A DNA stretch of 64,000 bases from an uncultured Gemmatimonadota bacterium (GTDB lineage: Bacteria; GCA-2686955): assembly GCA_964490075.1 (NCBI GenBank), contig CAZBBK010000004.1:1-64000 (forward strand), in the 5' to 3' direction. Position numbers and translations under genes: made by a program. The notes beneath the pieces were generated by a model, which had not been told where the DNA came from, did not search any database, and worked only from the letters and a program-made list of their open reading frames with translations. Positions 40,253 to 50,515 of this stretch are shown here, piece by piece. Every line of letters starts with the position of its first letter. Within the stretch, counting starts at the first letter, position 1.

Positions 40253-43138
40253 CTACTTCACCAGAATCATGCGCCGCGTAAGAGTCTGATCGTCGGTGTC
40301 GAGTCGGTAGAAGTAGACCCCGCTCGCCACCGGCTGCCCGCGGAGGTTCCGTCCGTTCCAGCGCACGGCGTGGCGACCCGCTTTGGCTTCACCATCGACC
40401 AGAGTGGCGACCCGATTGCCGCGCGCGTCGTACACTGCGAGCTGGATCGTCGCTCGTCGGGGCAGGGCAAAGCGAATGATGGTCGAAGGGTTGAAGGGGT
40501 TGGGATGGTTTTGGCTCAGCTCCAGCTTTCGGACCGGACCCGGGATCCGGCCGTCGTCGCCGGCCACGCTCAGGAGCCCGTCGAGGTAGTCCAGGACCGC
40601 CTCCATCACCGCGCCGCGATCGACCGCGCCCGGAAAGTCGTCATGCACGCCTTCCAGGCCGAAGCCCGCGACCACGGCCCGGGCCGCACCGCTGTCCCAT
40701 GTCACCAGGGCCCGTTCGCTGTCACTTCCGCCGTAGAGAGCCGCCGCGACGCCGCCCGACAACAGATCCTGCGAGATCTGGTTCACCGGCGGCTCCATCC
40801 CCGTGGTGAAGATCTCTCCTTCGATGGCGTTCCCCAGCGCCGTACCGTCGACCGGATCGACGAAATGCTCGATCGTGTTGCCCTCGTGCCCGATCCCGAG
40901 ATGAAGAGCGAGCGCGCCGCCGTCGATCGACTCGATAATGTTCTGGCCGCTCGAGAACAGCTTGCCGCCGGCGTTCAGAAAAGCGACGGCCGAGTCTTGC
41001 TCCGCCGCGGAGAATATCGCGCTCTCGGCATCGCCCGAAAACCACACCACCTTGGAGCTGGTCGGCATCGCCGCGGTCGCGCCCTCGGCGCCGCCCTGCC
41101 CCACGCGATCCCAGTAGTTGTAGGACCGGCCGGCGCTGTCGATCGCCGCCAGGAAGTACTCGGCGTAGTCCTCTGCGTCCCCGTCGGCGTCCACCAACAG
41201 AACGTCGGCCGCGGACACGGTCGCGCTCAGATCGGAGACCTGGGCCGAATCGACGCCCACGCTCGTCACCTGGTAGAACATCTCCGGCGGCGCCGGTTCC
41301 ACGATGACTCGGTAGCTACCGATCTTCGCGGCTTGCGAGAACGATCCGTCCGGCTCGGTCTGGATCGCCGCCACCAGTGAATCGTTGCTCTCGTCGTAGA
41401 TCGAGATCGACGCGTCGATGCCGGCGCCGATCGAGTTGCTGAGAGTTCCGGAGATGGTCCCGAGGGGCAGCTCTCGCAATGCCACGTCATGGGTAAGCGT
41501 GCCGCCGCCCGGAATCGTCACCAGCGTGGTGTCCGGATGGTAGCCCCAGAGAGTGGTGGCGACCGTGTAGTCACCGGCCAGGGTGTGAAACTGGTAGTCC
41601 CCATTCTGCTCCGGTGACCGCGCCAGCTTGGCCTCGATCATGGCCACGTTGGCCTCCGGCAGAGGCGATCCCGAGCCGTGGTCGGTGATCGTGCCCTCCA
41701 GGTAGCCATCGAGATCGAACTCGTCGAAGAGGTAGTTGGCGGCGGCCTCGAGATCGATGATCCCGCGCCCGTACGAGTTGTCGTCGCTGCCGGGATTGAC
41801 CGGATGTCGAGCCGTGCGATACAAAAGCGTCTTCAGCTCCTGCGGCGGCAGCTCCGGCATGATCTGTCGCAGCAAAGCGATCGCGCCGCCCACGTGCGGG
41901 CACGACATCGACGTTCCCGAGAAGGACGCGTAATTGTCGTTGGGGATCGTGGAACGAACGCTGGCGCCAGGCGCGACTACGTCGGGCTTGAACTTCAGTG
42001 AATCGGCGACGTTGCACTTGGTCGGCCCCCGACTCGAGAAGTTTGCTATCCCCTCCGAGCTGTTGGTAGCCCCGACGGCGAGACAGTTCACATGGGTGGT
42101 GGCCCGATTCGCCGGCGAGCCGATCGTCTCCGACCACGGCCCGTCGTTTCCGGCGCTGAACGCGGCCACGGGTCCCGCCGCCTCCATGTTGTCGATGGCG
42201 CTCCAGTAATAGCTCGAGCAGCCGTAGCTGCCGCCCCAGGAGTTGCTCACCGCGTCCGGCACATCGTCGGTAGTCTGCGGATCTCCATCTGGATCGGCGC
42301 ACCACTGGAAGGCGGTGGTGATGGAGACCCCGGGCGTGGTCAGTTGGACTCGAGCGGCGATCCACTTCGCCGCCGGCGCCACGCCAACGGTGTCGCCCGG
42401 GACGCTCCCCACCATGGATCCCATGGTATGGGTGCCGTGCGAATCATGGTCGAAGGGAAAATCCGACGCATCCTCGGCCTTCCAGGCGTGCCACCATTGG
42501 ACGCCTTCCTCGTTGCCGCGCCACTTCTCCACCAGTGCGACATGGGCCCCATCCACGCCGGTGTCCAGGTTGGCAACGATCGACCCCTGCCCGAAGATCC
42601 CCATCTCCCAGAGCGTCGTCGCTTCGATCTGCTCGAGCCCCCATTCTCTGGATTCATCGCCGAGCTTCCGGGCACCGAAGTCCCTCTCCACCGGCTCGTG
42701 GAGCCAGACTCGATTGTGGTAGATCACCGCGCCGTCGAAGATCTCGATCAGCCTCGCGATGGCGCTGGGGCTGGCCTGCATCTCGATCGCGTTGCTGATC
42801 CACAGCGGCCTGACGCCGGTGATCTCGCCCATCGCCTCTTCTTCCGCGAGCAGGGGAAGGAAACCCGACTGGGCCGCCCTGGCATGATCTCGCAGCGCGA
42901 CGATCAGGTCGCTGTGCCGCTCCGGGAAGCTCCGCCCGGCCGCCCGCATTCGTGCGTCGAGCGCCTTGGCATCGAGCTGTTCGGCCAACTGCACGTGCAC
43001 GGAAACGAAGTCGCCGGGGGCCCTTCGGGCGAGCAATGCGTCCAGAGAGGGATCGAGAATCGCGGCTCCGGCCGCGGCTCCGGCCGAAGCCACGGCGGCG
43101 GCCGGGAGGAAGACGAGGGCCTTGGGGACAGCACCCAT
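40253..43138 (-). CDS. Secreted S8 peptidase with carboxypeptidase-regulatory-like repeats and FlgD-Ig/T9SS-like C-terminal domain
   Basis: NLDTG, HGTHTMG, FSAGN, SGTSMSCP and SQNHPNPFNPST...VASGVYFYRL. Confidence 0.92.
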   Translation of the reverse strand: MGAVPKALVFLPAAAVASAGAAAGAAILDPSLDALLARRAPGDFVSVHVQLAEQLDAKALDARMRAAGRSFPERHSDLIVALRDHARAAQSGFLPLLAEEEAMGEITGVRPLWISNAIEMQASPSAIARLIEIFDGAVIYHNRVWLHEPVERDFGARKLGDESREWGLEQIEATTLWEMGIFGQGSIVANLDTGVDGAHVALVEKWRGNEEGVQWWHAWKAEDASDFPFDHDSHGTHTMGSMVGSVPGDTVGVAPAAKWIAARVQLTTPGVSITTAFQWCADPDGDPQTTDDVPDAVSNSWGGSYGCSSYYWSAIDNMEAAGPVAAFSAGNDGPWSETIGSPANRATTHVNCLAVGATNSSEGIANFSSRGPTKCNVADSLKFKPDVVAPGASVRSTIPNDNYASFSGTSMSCPHVGGAIALLRQIMPELPPQELKTLLYRTARHPVNPGSDDNSYGRGIIDLEAAANYLFDEFDLDGYLEGTITDHGSGSPLPEANVAMIEAKLARSPEQNGDYQFHTLAGDYTVATTLWGYHPDTTLVTIPGGGTLTHDVALRELPLGTISGTLSNSIGAGIDASISIYDESNDSLVAAIQTEPDGSFSQAAKIGSYRVIVEPAPPEMFYQVTSVGVDSAQVSDLSATVSAADVLLVDADGDAEDYAEYFLAAIDSAGRSYNYWDRVGQGGAEGATAAMPTSSKVVWFSGDAESAIFSAAEQDSAVAFLNAGGKLFSSGQNIIESIDGGALALHLGIGHEGNTIEHFVDPVDGTALGNAIEGEIFTTGMEPPVNQISQDLLSGGVAAALYGGSDSERALVTWDSGAARAVVAGFGLEGVHDDFPGAVDRGAVMEAVLDYLDGLLSVAGDDGRIPGPVRKLELSQNHPNPFNPSTIIRFALPRRATIQLAVYDARGNRVATLVDGEAKAGRHAVRWNGRNLRGQPVASGVYFYRLDTDDQTLTRRMILVK

Positions 43139-43325
43139 GGGCGACTTCTCCATAAGAGGAAAGCAGGGACTCGAGCGGTCGCGTCCGCCCGGACGAAAGA
43201 CCGGAGCTCGCGAATCCTTTACTATAGGGCCCTGGTGAGGCGGCTGCAAGTTCCTGCGCGACACCATGATCCGCAACTCACTTCGGAACCGAGCCGGGCA
43301 GATCTCGCTCTCGACCGGCGACTCC

Positions 43326-44621
43326 ATGAGAAAGGCGCACACTTTGGGACCTCTCCCCGGACTGCTTGCGAGGGGCTTCCTGGCACTCTCGATGGCGATC
43401 GCCCCCTTCAGCGCCTCGGCGGGCCGGATGCTGGTCCCCATGGACGCGACCCAGCGCAACCACCTGAAGGCGTACGGAGTCGCCTGGCTCGCTCTGGCAC
43501 AGGGAGATGATGCGCGCTGGCTACTCGGCTACCGAGGAGGCTCCTTTCTGCTCGAGTCGAGACCAGAGATCGAGGCCCAGGCCCGACTGCGCGGCGTCAC
43601 CACCATCCCACTCACGGCGGCCGAATCGATCGCTCTCGTGGAGTCGATCGAAGGCTCCGACAACGAGGTGATCCTGCTGGAGAAGGCACCCCAGGTCGCC
43701 GTCTACACCCCGCCGCACAAGCGCCCCTGGGACGACGCGGTCACTTTGGCCCTGACCTACGCGGAGATCCCCTACGCGACAGTCTGGGACGACGAAGTAC
43801 TGGCCGGTGGACTGGATCGCTACGACTGGCTGCATCTGCACCACGAGGACTTCACCGGACAGCTCGGGAAGTTCCACTCCAGCCACGCGGGCTCCGCGTG
43901 GTACCGGGAGGACAAGGATCGGCAGATCGCGACCGCCGACCGCCTGGGGTTCGACTCGGTCCCCCTCCTCAAGAAGGCGGTGGCGCGCGCCATCCGCGGC
44001 TACGTGGAAGGTGGCGGCTTCTTGTTCGCCATGTGCTCGGCGACCGAGACCCTCGACGTCGCCCTGGCCGCGCTCGAGGTGGACATCACCGCTGCTCTCT
44101 TCGACGGTTCCCCGCCCAGGGCGTCGGCCAACGAGCAGCTCGATTTCGACCAGACCTTCGCCTTTACCGGCTTTCGCGTGGAAACCAATCCACAGGTAAA
44201 CTCGATCTCGAACGTCGATGTAGAGCAGGTCAATCACCCCGCCCTGAAGAAGAAGACCGCGGATTTCCGGCTCTTCGATTTCGCTCCTCGCCACGACCCC
44301 GTTCCCGCCATGCTGGTGCAAAACCATGTCTCTCGAATTCGCGGATTCTACGGACAGACCACGAGTTTCTATCGAGACCGAATCAAGAGCTCGGTGATCA
44401 TCCTTGCCGATGCCCCCGGCACCGATCGAGTCCGCTACCTACACGGCAACCGCGGCGCCGGCACCTTCACCTTCCTCGGCGGCCACGATCCGGAGGACCC
44501 CCAGCATCTGGTTCACGACAGGGCCACCGATCTCGATCTCCATCCCCAGAGTCCCGGCTACCGCCTGATTCTCAACAATGTTCTATTTCCCGCCGCCCGC
44601 AAGAAGAAGCTCAAGACATGA
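43326..44621 (+). CDS. Conserved exported protein of an FCB family (often auto-labelled asparagine synthetase B)
   Basis: LVPMDATQRNHLKAYG, PWDDAVTLALTYAEIPY, DWLHLHHEDFTGQ, GGFLFAMCSAT and GGHDPED, with a signal-like N-terminus. Confidence 0.75.
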   Translation: MRKAHTLGPLPGLLARGFLALSMAIAPFSASAGRMLVPMDATQRNHLKAYGVAWLALAQGDDARWLLGYRGGSFLLESRPEIEAQARLRGVTTIPLTAAESIALVESIEGSDNEVILLEKAPQVAVYTPPHKRPWDDAVTLALTYAEIPYATVWDDEVLAGGLDRYDWLHLHHEDFTGQLGKFHSSHAGSAWYREDKDRQIATADRLGFDSVPLLKKAVARAIRGYVEGGGFLFAMCSATETLDVALAALEVDITAALFDGSPPRASANEQLDFDQTFAFTGFRVETNPQVNSISNVDVEQVNHPALKKKTADFRLFDFAPRHDPVPAMLVQNHVSRIRGFYGQTTSFYRDRIKSSVIILADAPGTDRVRYLHGNRGAGTFTFLGGHDPEDPQHLVHDRATDLDLHPQSPGYRLILNNVLFPAARKKKLKT

Positions 44622-44623
44622 AG

Positions 44624-44659
44624 AAGCGGCTCGCGCCTGGAATCGGGCGGGAGCCGCTT
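44624..44659. terminator. Hairpin between convergent genes
   Basis: AAGCGGCTC...GAGCCGCTT inverted repeat 3 nt after the stop at 44621. Confidence 0.6.
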
Positions 44660-44685
44660 GCCATCGGTCGAGAGCTGTATCGACA

Positions 44686-45063
44686 TCAGTCATAGAGGTG
44701 GTAGTGGATGCCGAAGTCGTCGGACTCGAAGAAGTCGTCGCCCAGGTAGCGACAATTCTGATGGCGCCAGTCGTAGTAGTAGGCGGGATGGTCCTGGTGG
44801 CAGGCGTAGGCGTCGTGCCGATGCCGATGGACCTGGTAGCGAACGACTACGGGCCGGCGAACGTGCACGCGACGAGCGGGAACGGTGACTCGAACCGGTC
44901 CGACCTTCACCGAAGCGCGCACCGCGGGGCGTGCGGGCTTGCGGACGACACAGACCTTGGCCTTGTGCCTGTGGCCGCCATGCGCGAAAGCGCTGGGGGC
45001 AGCGACGAAGGTCGCGGCGAGGGCGGTGAGGATGACTCGTTGGGTCAGGCGCGAGATGCTCAT
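44686..45063 (-). CDS. Small His/Arg-rich secreted protein
   Basis: AGGAG RBS and a signal peptide ending AFA. The mature part has His clusters and an aromatic C-terminus. Confidence 0.7.
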   Translation of the reverse strand: MSISRLTQRVILTALAATFVAAPSAFAHGGHRHKAKVCVVRKPARPAVRASVKVGPVRVTVPARRVHVRRPVVVRYQVHRHRHDAYACHQDHPAYYYDWRHQNCRYLGDDFFESDDFGIHYHLYD

Positions 45064-45111
45064 TTTCGGTCTCCTGTGAGGTGGCTGGAACGGGTGGCAG
45101 TGGAGACCATT

Positions 45112-45128
45112 AGCAACACGTGTGCCAA
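45112..45128 (-). promoter_or_regulatory. Sigma-54 (-24/-12) promoter
   Basis: TTGGCAC-ACGTG-TTGCT, an exact consensus with correct spacing, ~50 nt upstream of ATG 45063. Confidence 0.8.
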
Positions 45129-45307
45129 TTGGAGATGTTGTTGTTCTGGAACGCGTTATGACTGGCGACAAGAGCCGCCCGTACTGTCGAGAGCGCGCCG
45201 CTGTCCTCCCTGGTGCACACGGGAGGACTCCGCGCTAGGCTCTTCGATGCCGATATGGGCCGCCTGCCGCGCAGAGATTCCGGCGCGCCGAATACGAGGA
45301 CACCCCC

Positions 45308-46843
45308 ATGGCACAGCCGATCTTGACCGCCAAGGAGATGCAGCAGCTCGACCGCTGGGCCATCGAGGAGCGCGGCATCCCCTCGCTGACTCTGATGGAA
45401 AACGCCGGGCTTGCGATCACCGATGCCCTGCTCTCCCATTATCCCCGAGTCCGGCGCGTGCTCTCGGTGGTCGGCAAAGGCAACAACGGCGGGGACGGAC
45501 TGGTCGTGGGCCGGCTGCTTCGCGCCCGGGGCAGAGAGGCCAAGGTCTTCTTGGTCAGCCCGGAAGAGGACATCTCGGGCGACGCCAAGGTCAACCTGCG
45601 GCGCGCCCGTGACGCCGGGGTTCCGGTGCTCGGCCCCGGCGGCGGCGCGGGGGCGCTGGCAACGGCGCTGCAAGAGGCCGAGCTGGTGGTCGACGCGCTC
45701 TTCGGCACCGGGCTGAAGGGCGCGCCCAGGGGCGCGATCAGAGAGGCGATTTTGGCGATCTGCGATGCCGCCCGGCCGGTGCTGGCTGTCGACGGACCCT
45801 CGGGTGTGGAGGGCGACACGGGACGCGCTCCAGGAGAGGCGGTGCAGGCCGACCACACCGTCGCGCTGGCCCAGCTCAAGGTCGGCCATCTGCTGCAACC
45901 CGGTCGCTCGCTGGCGGGCGAGATCCTGGTCGCCGACATCGGCATCCCGAAGCAGGGAGCTCCATGCTTCCCAGCGCGCAGACGGATCGGGCCCCTCGAC
46001 GTCGGCGCTCGATGGCCGGCTCGCGCCCCCGACTGCCACAAGGGGAAGGTCGGCCGGCTGCTGGTCGTGGCGGGATCGCGGGGAATGCTGGGTGCGGCCT
46101 GCCTCAGCGCCGAGTCGGCGCTGCGCACCGGCGCCGGGTACGTCGTCCTCGCCGCCCCCGAGGAGTTGATCGACCCGCTGGCCGCCAAGCTCCTCGAGGT
46201 GGTGCTGAAGCCCCTGCCCCAGACCGATGCGGGCGTGCTCGCCCCGCGGGCGCTGCCCGCCGCGGTCGAACTGGCCGAACGGGCTGACGCCATCGCGCTA
46301 GGGCCAGGGCTGGGAGCCGCCGAACGATTCCTCGAGCTCTTTCTGGCCGAGCGTCCCGACCGCCCCTGCGTCCTCGACGCCGACGGGCTGCGCGCGGCGC
46401 GACCTGGACTGCTGCGCCCGGAATGCGACGTGGTGACGCCACACGCCGGTGAGCTCGCGCGGCTGCTCGGACTCGAGCGAGCCGCGGTGGAAGACGATCC
46501 CCTCGCCGCCGCGTCGCGCGCTCCTGGCGAGCTGGGGATCTCGGTTCTGCTGAAGGGGAGCCCGACCATCGTCGGCACCACGGCGGGCGAGCTGATCTTC
46601 TCGGACACCGGCAACCCGTGCATGGCCACAGCCGGATCCGGCGATGTGCTCACGGGAGTGATCGGCGCGCTCGCCGCCGCGGGCGTGGGGGTCACCGAAG
46701 CCGCCTGGATGGGGGCATGGCTCCACGGGCACGCCGGAGACCGCGCGGCCGAGCGCCTGGGAATCGGCATGCTGGCGCGCGACCTGCGAGACGAGCTTCC
46801 CTTCGCGATCCGCGAAATCGACGAGTCGCGCCGTGGCCGATGA
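45308..46843 (+). CDS. nnr: Bifunctional NAD(P)H-hydrate epimerase/dehydratase
   Basis: LMENAG, GKGNNGGDG, DALFGTG, HKG...AGS, TPHAGE and ATAGSGDVL. Confidence 0.95.
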   Translation: MAQPILTAKEMQQLDRWAIEERGIPSLTLMENAGLAITDALLSHYPRVRRVLSVVGKGNNGGDGLVVGRLLRARGREAKVFLVSPEEDISGDAKVNLRRARDAGVPVLGPGGGAGALATALQEAELVVDALFGTGLKGAPRGAIREAILAICDAARPVLAVDGPSGVEGDTGRAPGEAVQADHTVALAQLKVGHLLQPGRSLAGEILVADIGIPKQGAPCFPARRRIGPLDVGARWPARAPDCHKGKVGRLLVVAGSRGMLGAACLSAESALRTGAGYVVLAAPEELIDPLAAKLLEVVLKPLPQTDAGVLAPRALPAAVELAERADAIALGPGLGAAERFLELFLAERPDRPCVLDADGLRAARPGLLRPECDVVTPHAGELARLLGLERAAVEDDPLAAASRAPGELGISVLLKGSPTIVGTTAGELIFSDTGNPCMATAGSGDVLTGVIGALAAAGVGVTEAAWMGAWLHGHAGDRAAERLGIGMLARDLRDELPFAIREIDESRRGR

Positions 46844-47867
46844 GCGGGTGCGGGATCTGGGGGAGCTCGCTCTGCTCGATCGAGTGCTGCCCCGGCTGCA
46901 CACCAGGCGCAAGACGACGCTGCGAGGTCCCGGAGGTGACGCGGCGATCCTGGCGCAGGAGGGTGGGCAGCTGGCGCTTTCGACCGATGCCGCGGTCGAA
47001 GGCGTGCACTTCGATCTGAGCTTCATGTCGCTCGCCGACGCCGGCTGGCGGGCCACCGTCGGGGCGCTGGGAGATCTCGCCGCGGTCGGCGCGGAGCCGC
47101 GAGCGGTGCTCTTGAGCTGCGGCCTCCGTGACGACTTGGCGGTGTCCCAAGTCGATGAGCTCTTCCAGAACCTGGACTCCCTGGGGGAGCGCGAAGGATT
47201 CGACCTGGTGGGTGGGGATGTCGTGGCGTCGCCGCGCACGATCTTCCTCGACATCGCGGTGGTGGGGCATCGCCCGCTCGGCGTGAACGTCGACCGCGCC
47301 GGATCGCGACCCGGGGATCTCCTGGTGGTGACCGGCGAGCTCGGAGGGGCCATGGCAGGTCTGGCCTCGTTGCGCAGACGCGGTTCGCGCCCGCATTCAA
47401 CAAGCCCGTGCGAGCTGCAGTATCTGCGTCCGAAGAGCCGAATCCGCGAGGGCAGAGACCTGGCGCGATCGAAGGTGCACGCGATGACCGACGTCTCCGA
47501 CGGTCTCGCGGCCGAGCTGGTGTCGTTCGCCCGCGTCGAGCCCGGGTTGATCTTCGTCGTGGACCGGAACCAGATCCCGATCTCGGAAGGCGTCGAAGCC
47601 GAGGCGACGAGGACCAGAGCCAGCGCCGTGGAGCTGGCACTGGCGGGCGGTGAGGACTCCGAGCTTCTTCTAACCGTCTCCCCGGGGGACTATGCTGCGC
47701 TGAAACAGGAATTCGAGGTGCTCCACCCCGCGACCTCACTGACGGTGATCGGCGAGATCCTCCCGGCATCCCACCAGGCTCCGGCCCCGCACAGGGCCTG
47801 GACCCGGACCTCCGAGGGAGCGCTGAGCGGGCTGCCGGTGTTCGGTTTCGAACACTTCGGACGCTGA
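46833..47867 (+). CDS. thiL: Thiamine-monophosphate kinase
   Basis: VEGVHF, DLAAVGA, LVGGD, DVSDGL, GGEDSEL and terminal FEHF. Confidence 0.92.
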   Translation: MADERVRDLGELALLDRVLPRLHTRRKTTLRGPGGDAAILAQEGGQLALSTDAAVEGVHFDLSFMSLADAGWRATVGALGDLAAVGAEPRAVLLSCGLRDDLAVSQVDELFQNLDSLGEREGFDLVGGDVVASPRTIFLDIAVVGHRPLGVNVDRAGSRPGDLLVVTGELGGAMAGLASLRRRGSRPHSTSPCELQYLRPKSRIREGRDLARSKVHAMTDVSDGLAAELVSFARVEPGLIFVVDRNQIPISEGVEAEATRTRASAVELALAGGEDSELLLTVSPGDYAALKQEFEVLHPATSLTVIGEILPASHQAPAPHRAWTRTSEGALSGLPVFGFEHFGR

Positions 47868-47981
47868 CGCCGGCGCATGGTCGATGGGAGAGCACCCCGC
47901 GCACTGCCCACGAGAAGAGGGCCACCCCTCGATTCCGCCCGGTGTTCGATCGCGGTCGCCGGCGGGAAAGGAAAAACCGCT

Positions 47982-48980
47982 GTGAGCTACAAAGCGGAGT
48001 ACATCTGGATCGACGGCACCCAACCGACTTCCAAGCTCAGATCGAAAACCAGGATCCTCCCGCAGGGCACGGAGCCTCCGATCTGGGGTTTCGATGGATC
48101 GAGCACCAACCAGGCGCCCGGCAGCAGCTCCGACTGTGTTCTGCGTCCGGTCTTCACCTGCCCCGACCCGCTGCGCGGCGCACCCCACAAGCTGGTGCTC
48201 TGCGAGGTCCTCCACGCCGATATGTCTCCCCATCCCAGCAACACCAGAACGGCTTGCCTGGAAGCGGCGCGGCGCTACTCCGAGCACGAGCCGATGTTCG
48301 GGATCGAGCAGGAGTACACTTTCTTCCAGGGGAACCGGCCCCTCGGCTGGCCCGAGACAGGATTCCCCGCCCCTCAGGGCGGCTACTACTGCGGCGTCGG
48401 CGCCGACGAGATCTTCGGTCGCGACATCGTCGAAGACCACACCGATGCCTGCATGAACGCGAATCTGGCCATCGCCGGGATCAACGCCGAGGTGATGATC
48501 GGCCAGTGGGAGTATCAGATCGGTCCCCTCGAACCGGTCGAGGTCTCGGACCAGATCTGGATGTCTCGCTGGCTGCTCTACCGCATCGCCGAGGACTACA
48601 ACGTGACCGCGACTCTGAATCCCAAGCCGGTGCAGGGTGACTGGAACGGAGCCGGGGCGCACACCAATTTCTCGACCCGCGAAATGCGCGAATCGTACGA
48701 CGCGATCACTCGCGCATGCGAGGCGCTGGGGCGACGCAAGGACCTCCACATCGAAAACTATGGAGCGGGAATCAGGAACCGCCTGACCGGCGAGCACGAA
48801 ACCCAGCGTTGGGACGAGTTCAGCTACGGAGTGTCGGACCGAGGCGCTTCGATCCGCATTCCCTGGCATTGTGCGGTAGACAAGAAGGGATACCTGGAGG
48901 ATCGCCGCCCGAATGCCAACATGGACCCCTACATCGTCACCCGACTGCTCATCGAAACCTGTTGCGGAGCGTTCGAGTAG
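47982..48980 (+). CDS. glnII: Glutamine synthetase type II
   Basis: KAEYIWIDG, WGFDGSST, GIEQEY, GINAEV, DWNGAGAHTN, RLTGEHET and YLEDRRP. Length ~330 aa. Confidence 0.95.
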   Translation: MSYKAEYIWIDGTQPTSKLRSKTRILPQGTEPPIWGFDGSSTNQAPGSSSDCVLRPVFTCPDPLRGAPHKLVLCEVLHADMSPHPSNTRTACLEAARRYSEHEPMFGIEQEYTFFQGNRPLGWPETGFPAPQGGYYCGVGADEIFGRDIVEDHTDACMNANLAIAGINAEVMIGQWEYQIGPLEPVEVSDQIWMSRWLLYRIAEDYNVTATLNPKPVQGDWNGAGAHTNFSTREMRESYDAITRACEALGRRKDLHIENYGAGIRNRLTGEHETQRWDEFSYGVSDRGASIRIPWHCAVDKKGYLEDRRPNANMDPYIVTRLLIETCCGAFE

Positions 48981-48997
48981 CGCGAGGAAGGCGCCGT

Positions 48998-50515
48998 TTG
49001 GGACCGCGCAGGAATAACTTCCCGTTTTGGCGCCCAGCGCTGGCGGTGTGGGTCGCCACCGTCTCGGGGACGGCGGCACAAGCGACGGGCGGGCTCGCCG
49101 AGTTTCTGCGGCTGGCGATGGAGCGCAGTCCAGAGCTGGCCAAGATCGAGCAGGCATATCGAGCCGCCCGCGCCGCCGCCGACCTGGAACGGAGCGCCCT
49201 GGGTCCACGTCTGGATTGGTCGGCCACCGGCCCGAGCTACGCCACGCTGGAGCGGCGCCAGACCCTCTTCGAAGGTGCCGACTACGTGAGAACCGAGTCC
49301 ACCGTGCTGGGCTACGGCTCGGCGCTTTCCTATCACCAGCGAACCCCGTGGGGCGGGGCGCTGCGGATGGGCGGCGGTTGGATCCAGACAGACCTGGACC
49401 AGACCACGACACTCCCCGCCGACCTCGCCATCGGCGACGAATTCGACCGCAACTTCGAGGTCGACACGCGCAATCTCGATGGAAACGTGCGGGTTACGAT
49501 TCAGCAGCCCCTGTTCGCAGGCAACGAGTACCGGCTCAGGCGGTCTCGCGCCAGAGTCTTGGAGCGTGAGGCGGAGCTCTCGCTCGACCTCCAGCGCGGC
49601 CGGGCACAGCTGCGGCTCGCCGCCGATTACCTCTCCTATCAAACCCGACATGCCGAGCTCGCCGGCCGAACTCTGCGCCGTGACCTTGCCGAATCACGGC
49701 TCGCCGCAATCGAAAACGAGGTTCGCAACGGGGGAGCGGCGCTGCTGGAAGCGCAGCAGGCGCGGCTCGCCCTGGGGCGAGAGGAGGTGAAGGTGCGAAA
49801 GGCGCTCGCCAACCTGAAAGAGGCGGAAGACGTTCTTCGAGTCGCACTGAGTGTGCCGGCCGGTCTCCCTCTGCCGATCGCACCCGATACGATTCCAGCG
49901 ATCCAAACCGACCCGCCGGCGATCGCGGCCGGCGACGGAGACTCGGGCCGTCGCCCCGATCTTGCCCTGCTGCAAGAGCGAATCGAAGCGCAACGCCTCA
50001 ACGAGGAGGAGACCGTCGAACGCCTCGGTTTCAAGCTCGAGATGATCGGCAGCCTTGCTTTCACGGGATTCGGAGCCGATCTCGATGCCGCCACGGAGAG
50101 CTGGGGCCTCAACGAGATCGAGCTCGGCATTGGGGCCACCTTTCCGATCTTCGATGGCGGGCTCAGGCACGCGACGCTGGATGGGTTGCGGGCCGAGCGG
50201 GCGTCGCGAGAGATCGAGCTGGACCTCGCGCGGCGAAAAGCGACCATGGAGATCCCGGCGTTTCGGCGCAAGCTCGAGACCTCGCTTGCCCTCCTGGAGC
50301 TGAGCGCGGGAAATCTGACTCTCGCCGAACAGAACGCGCGCATCGCGCGAGAGCAGGCAGCCGAGGGCTTCATGCCCGCGGATGAGCTGCACGAGTTCGA
50401 GCTGGGGGTGGTCGATTTGAGGGCGGAGGCCGTGGCGGCGCGTGCACGTGCCACGTTGGCCAGCTTGGAGCTGCAGCACGCGCTGGGTCGCAGCCCCCTG
50501 GAGGTGTTGCGGTGA
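48998..50515 (+). CDS. TolC-family outer-membrane efflux protein
   Basis: Two OEP-like repeats ending IQQPLF and ATFPIFDGG, with RPDL and coiled helices. TTG start inferred. Confidence 0.82.
   Translation: MGPRRNNFPFWRPALAVWVATVSGTAAQATGGLAEFLRLAMERSPELAKIEQAYRAARAAADLERSALGPRLDWSATGPSYATLERRQTLFEGADYVRTESTVLGYGSALSYHQRTPWGGALRMGGGWIQTDLDQTTTLPADLAIGDEFDRNFEVDTRNLDGNVRVTIQQPLFAGNEYRLRRSRARVLEREAELSLDLQRGRAQLRLAADYLSYQTRHAELAGRTLRRDLAESRLAAIENEVRNGGAALLEAQQARLALGREEVKVRKALANLKEAEDVLRVALSVPAGLPLPIAPDTIPAIQTDPPAIAAGDGDSGRRPDLALLQERIEAQRLNEEETVERLGFKLEMIGSLAFTGFGADLDAATESWGLNEIELGIGATFPIFDGGLRHATLDGLRAERASREIELDLARRKATMEIPAFRRKLETSLALLELSAGNLTLAEQNARIAREQAAEGFMPADELHEFELGVVDLRAEAVAARARATLASLELQHALGRSPLEVLR

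Noticed and set aside
43326-44621. Asparagine synthetase B call
   Set aside because: No N-terminal Cys amidotransferase motif or SGGLDS, and the protein appears to be exported.
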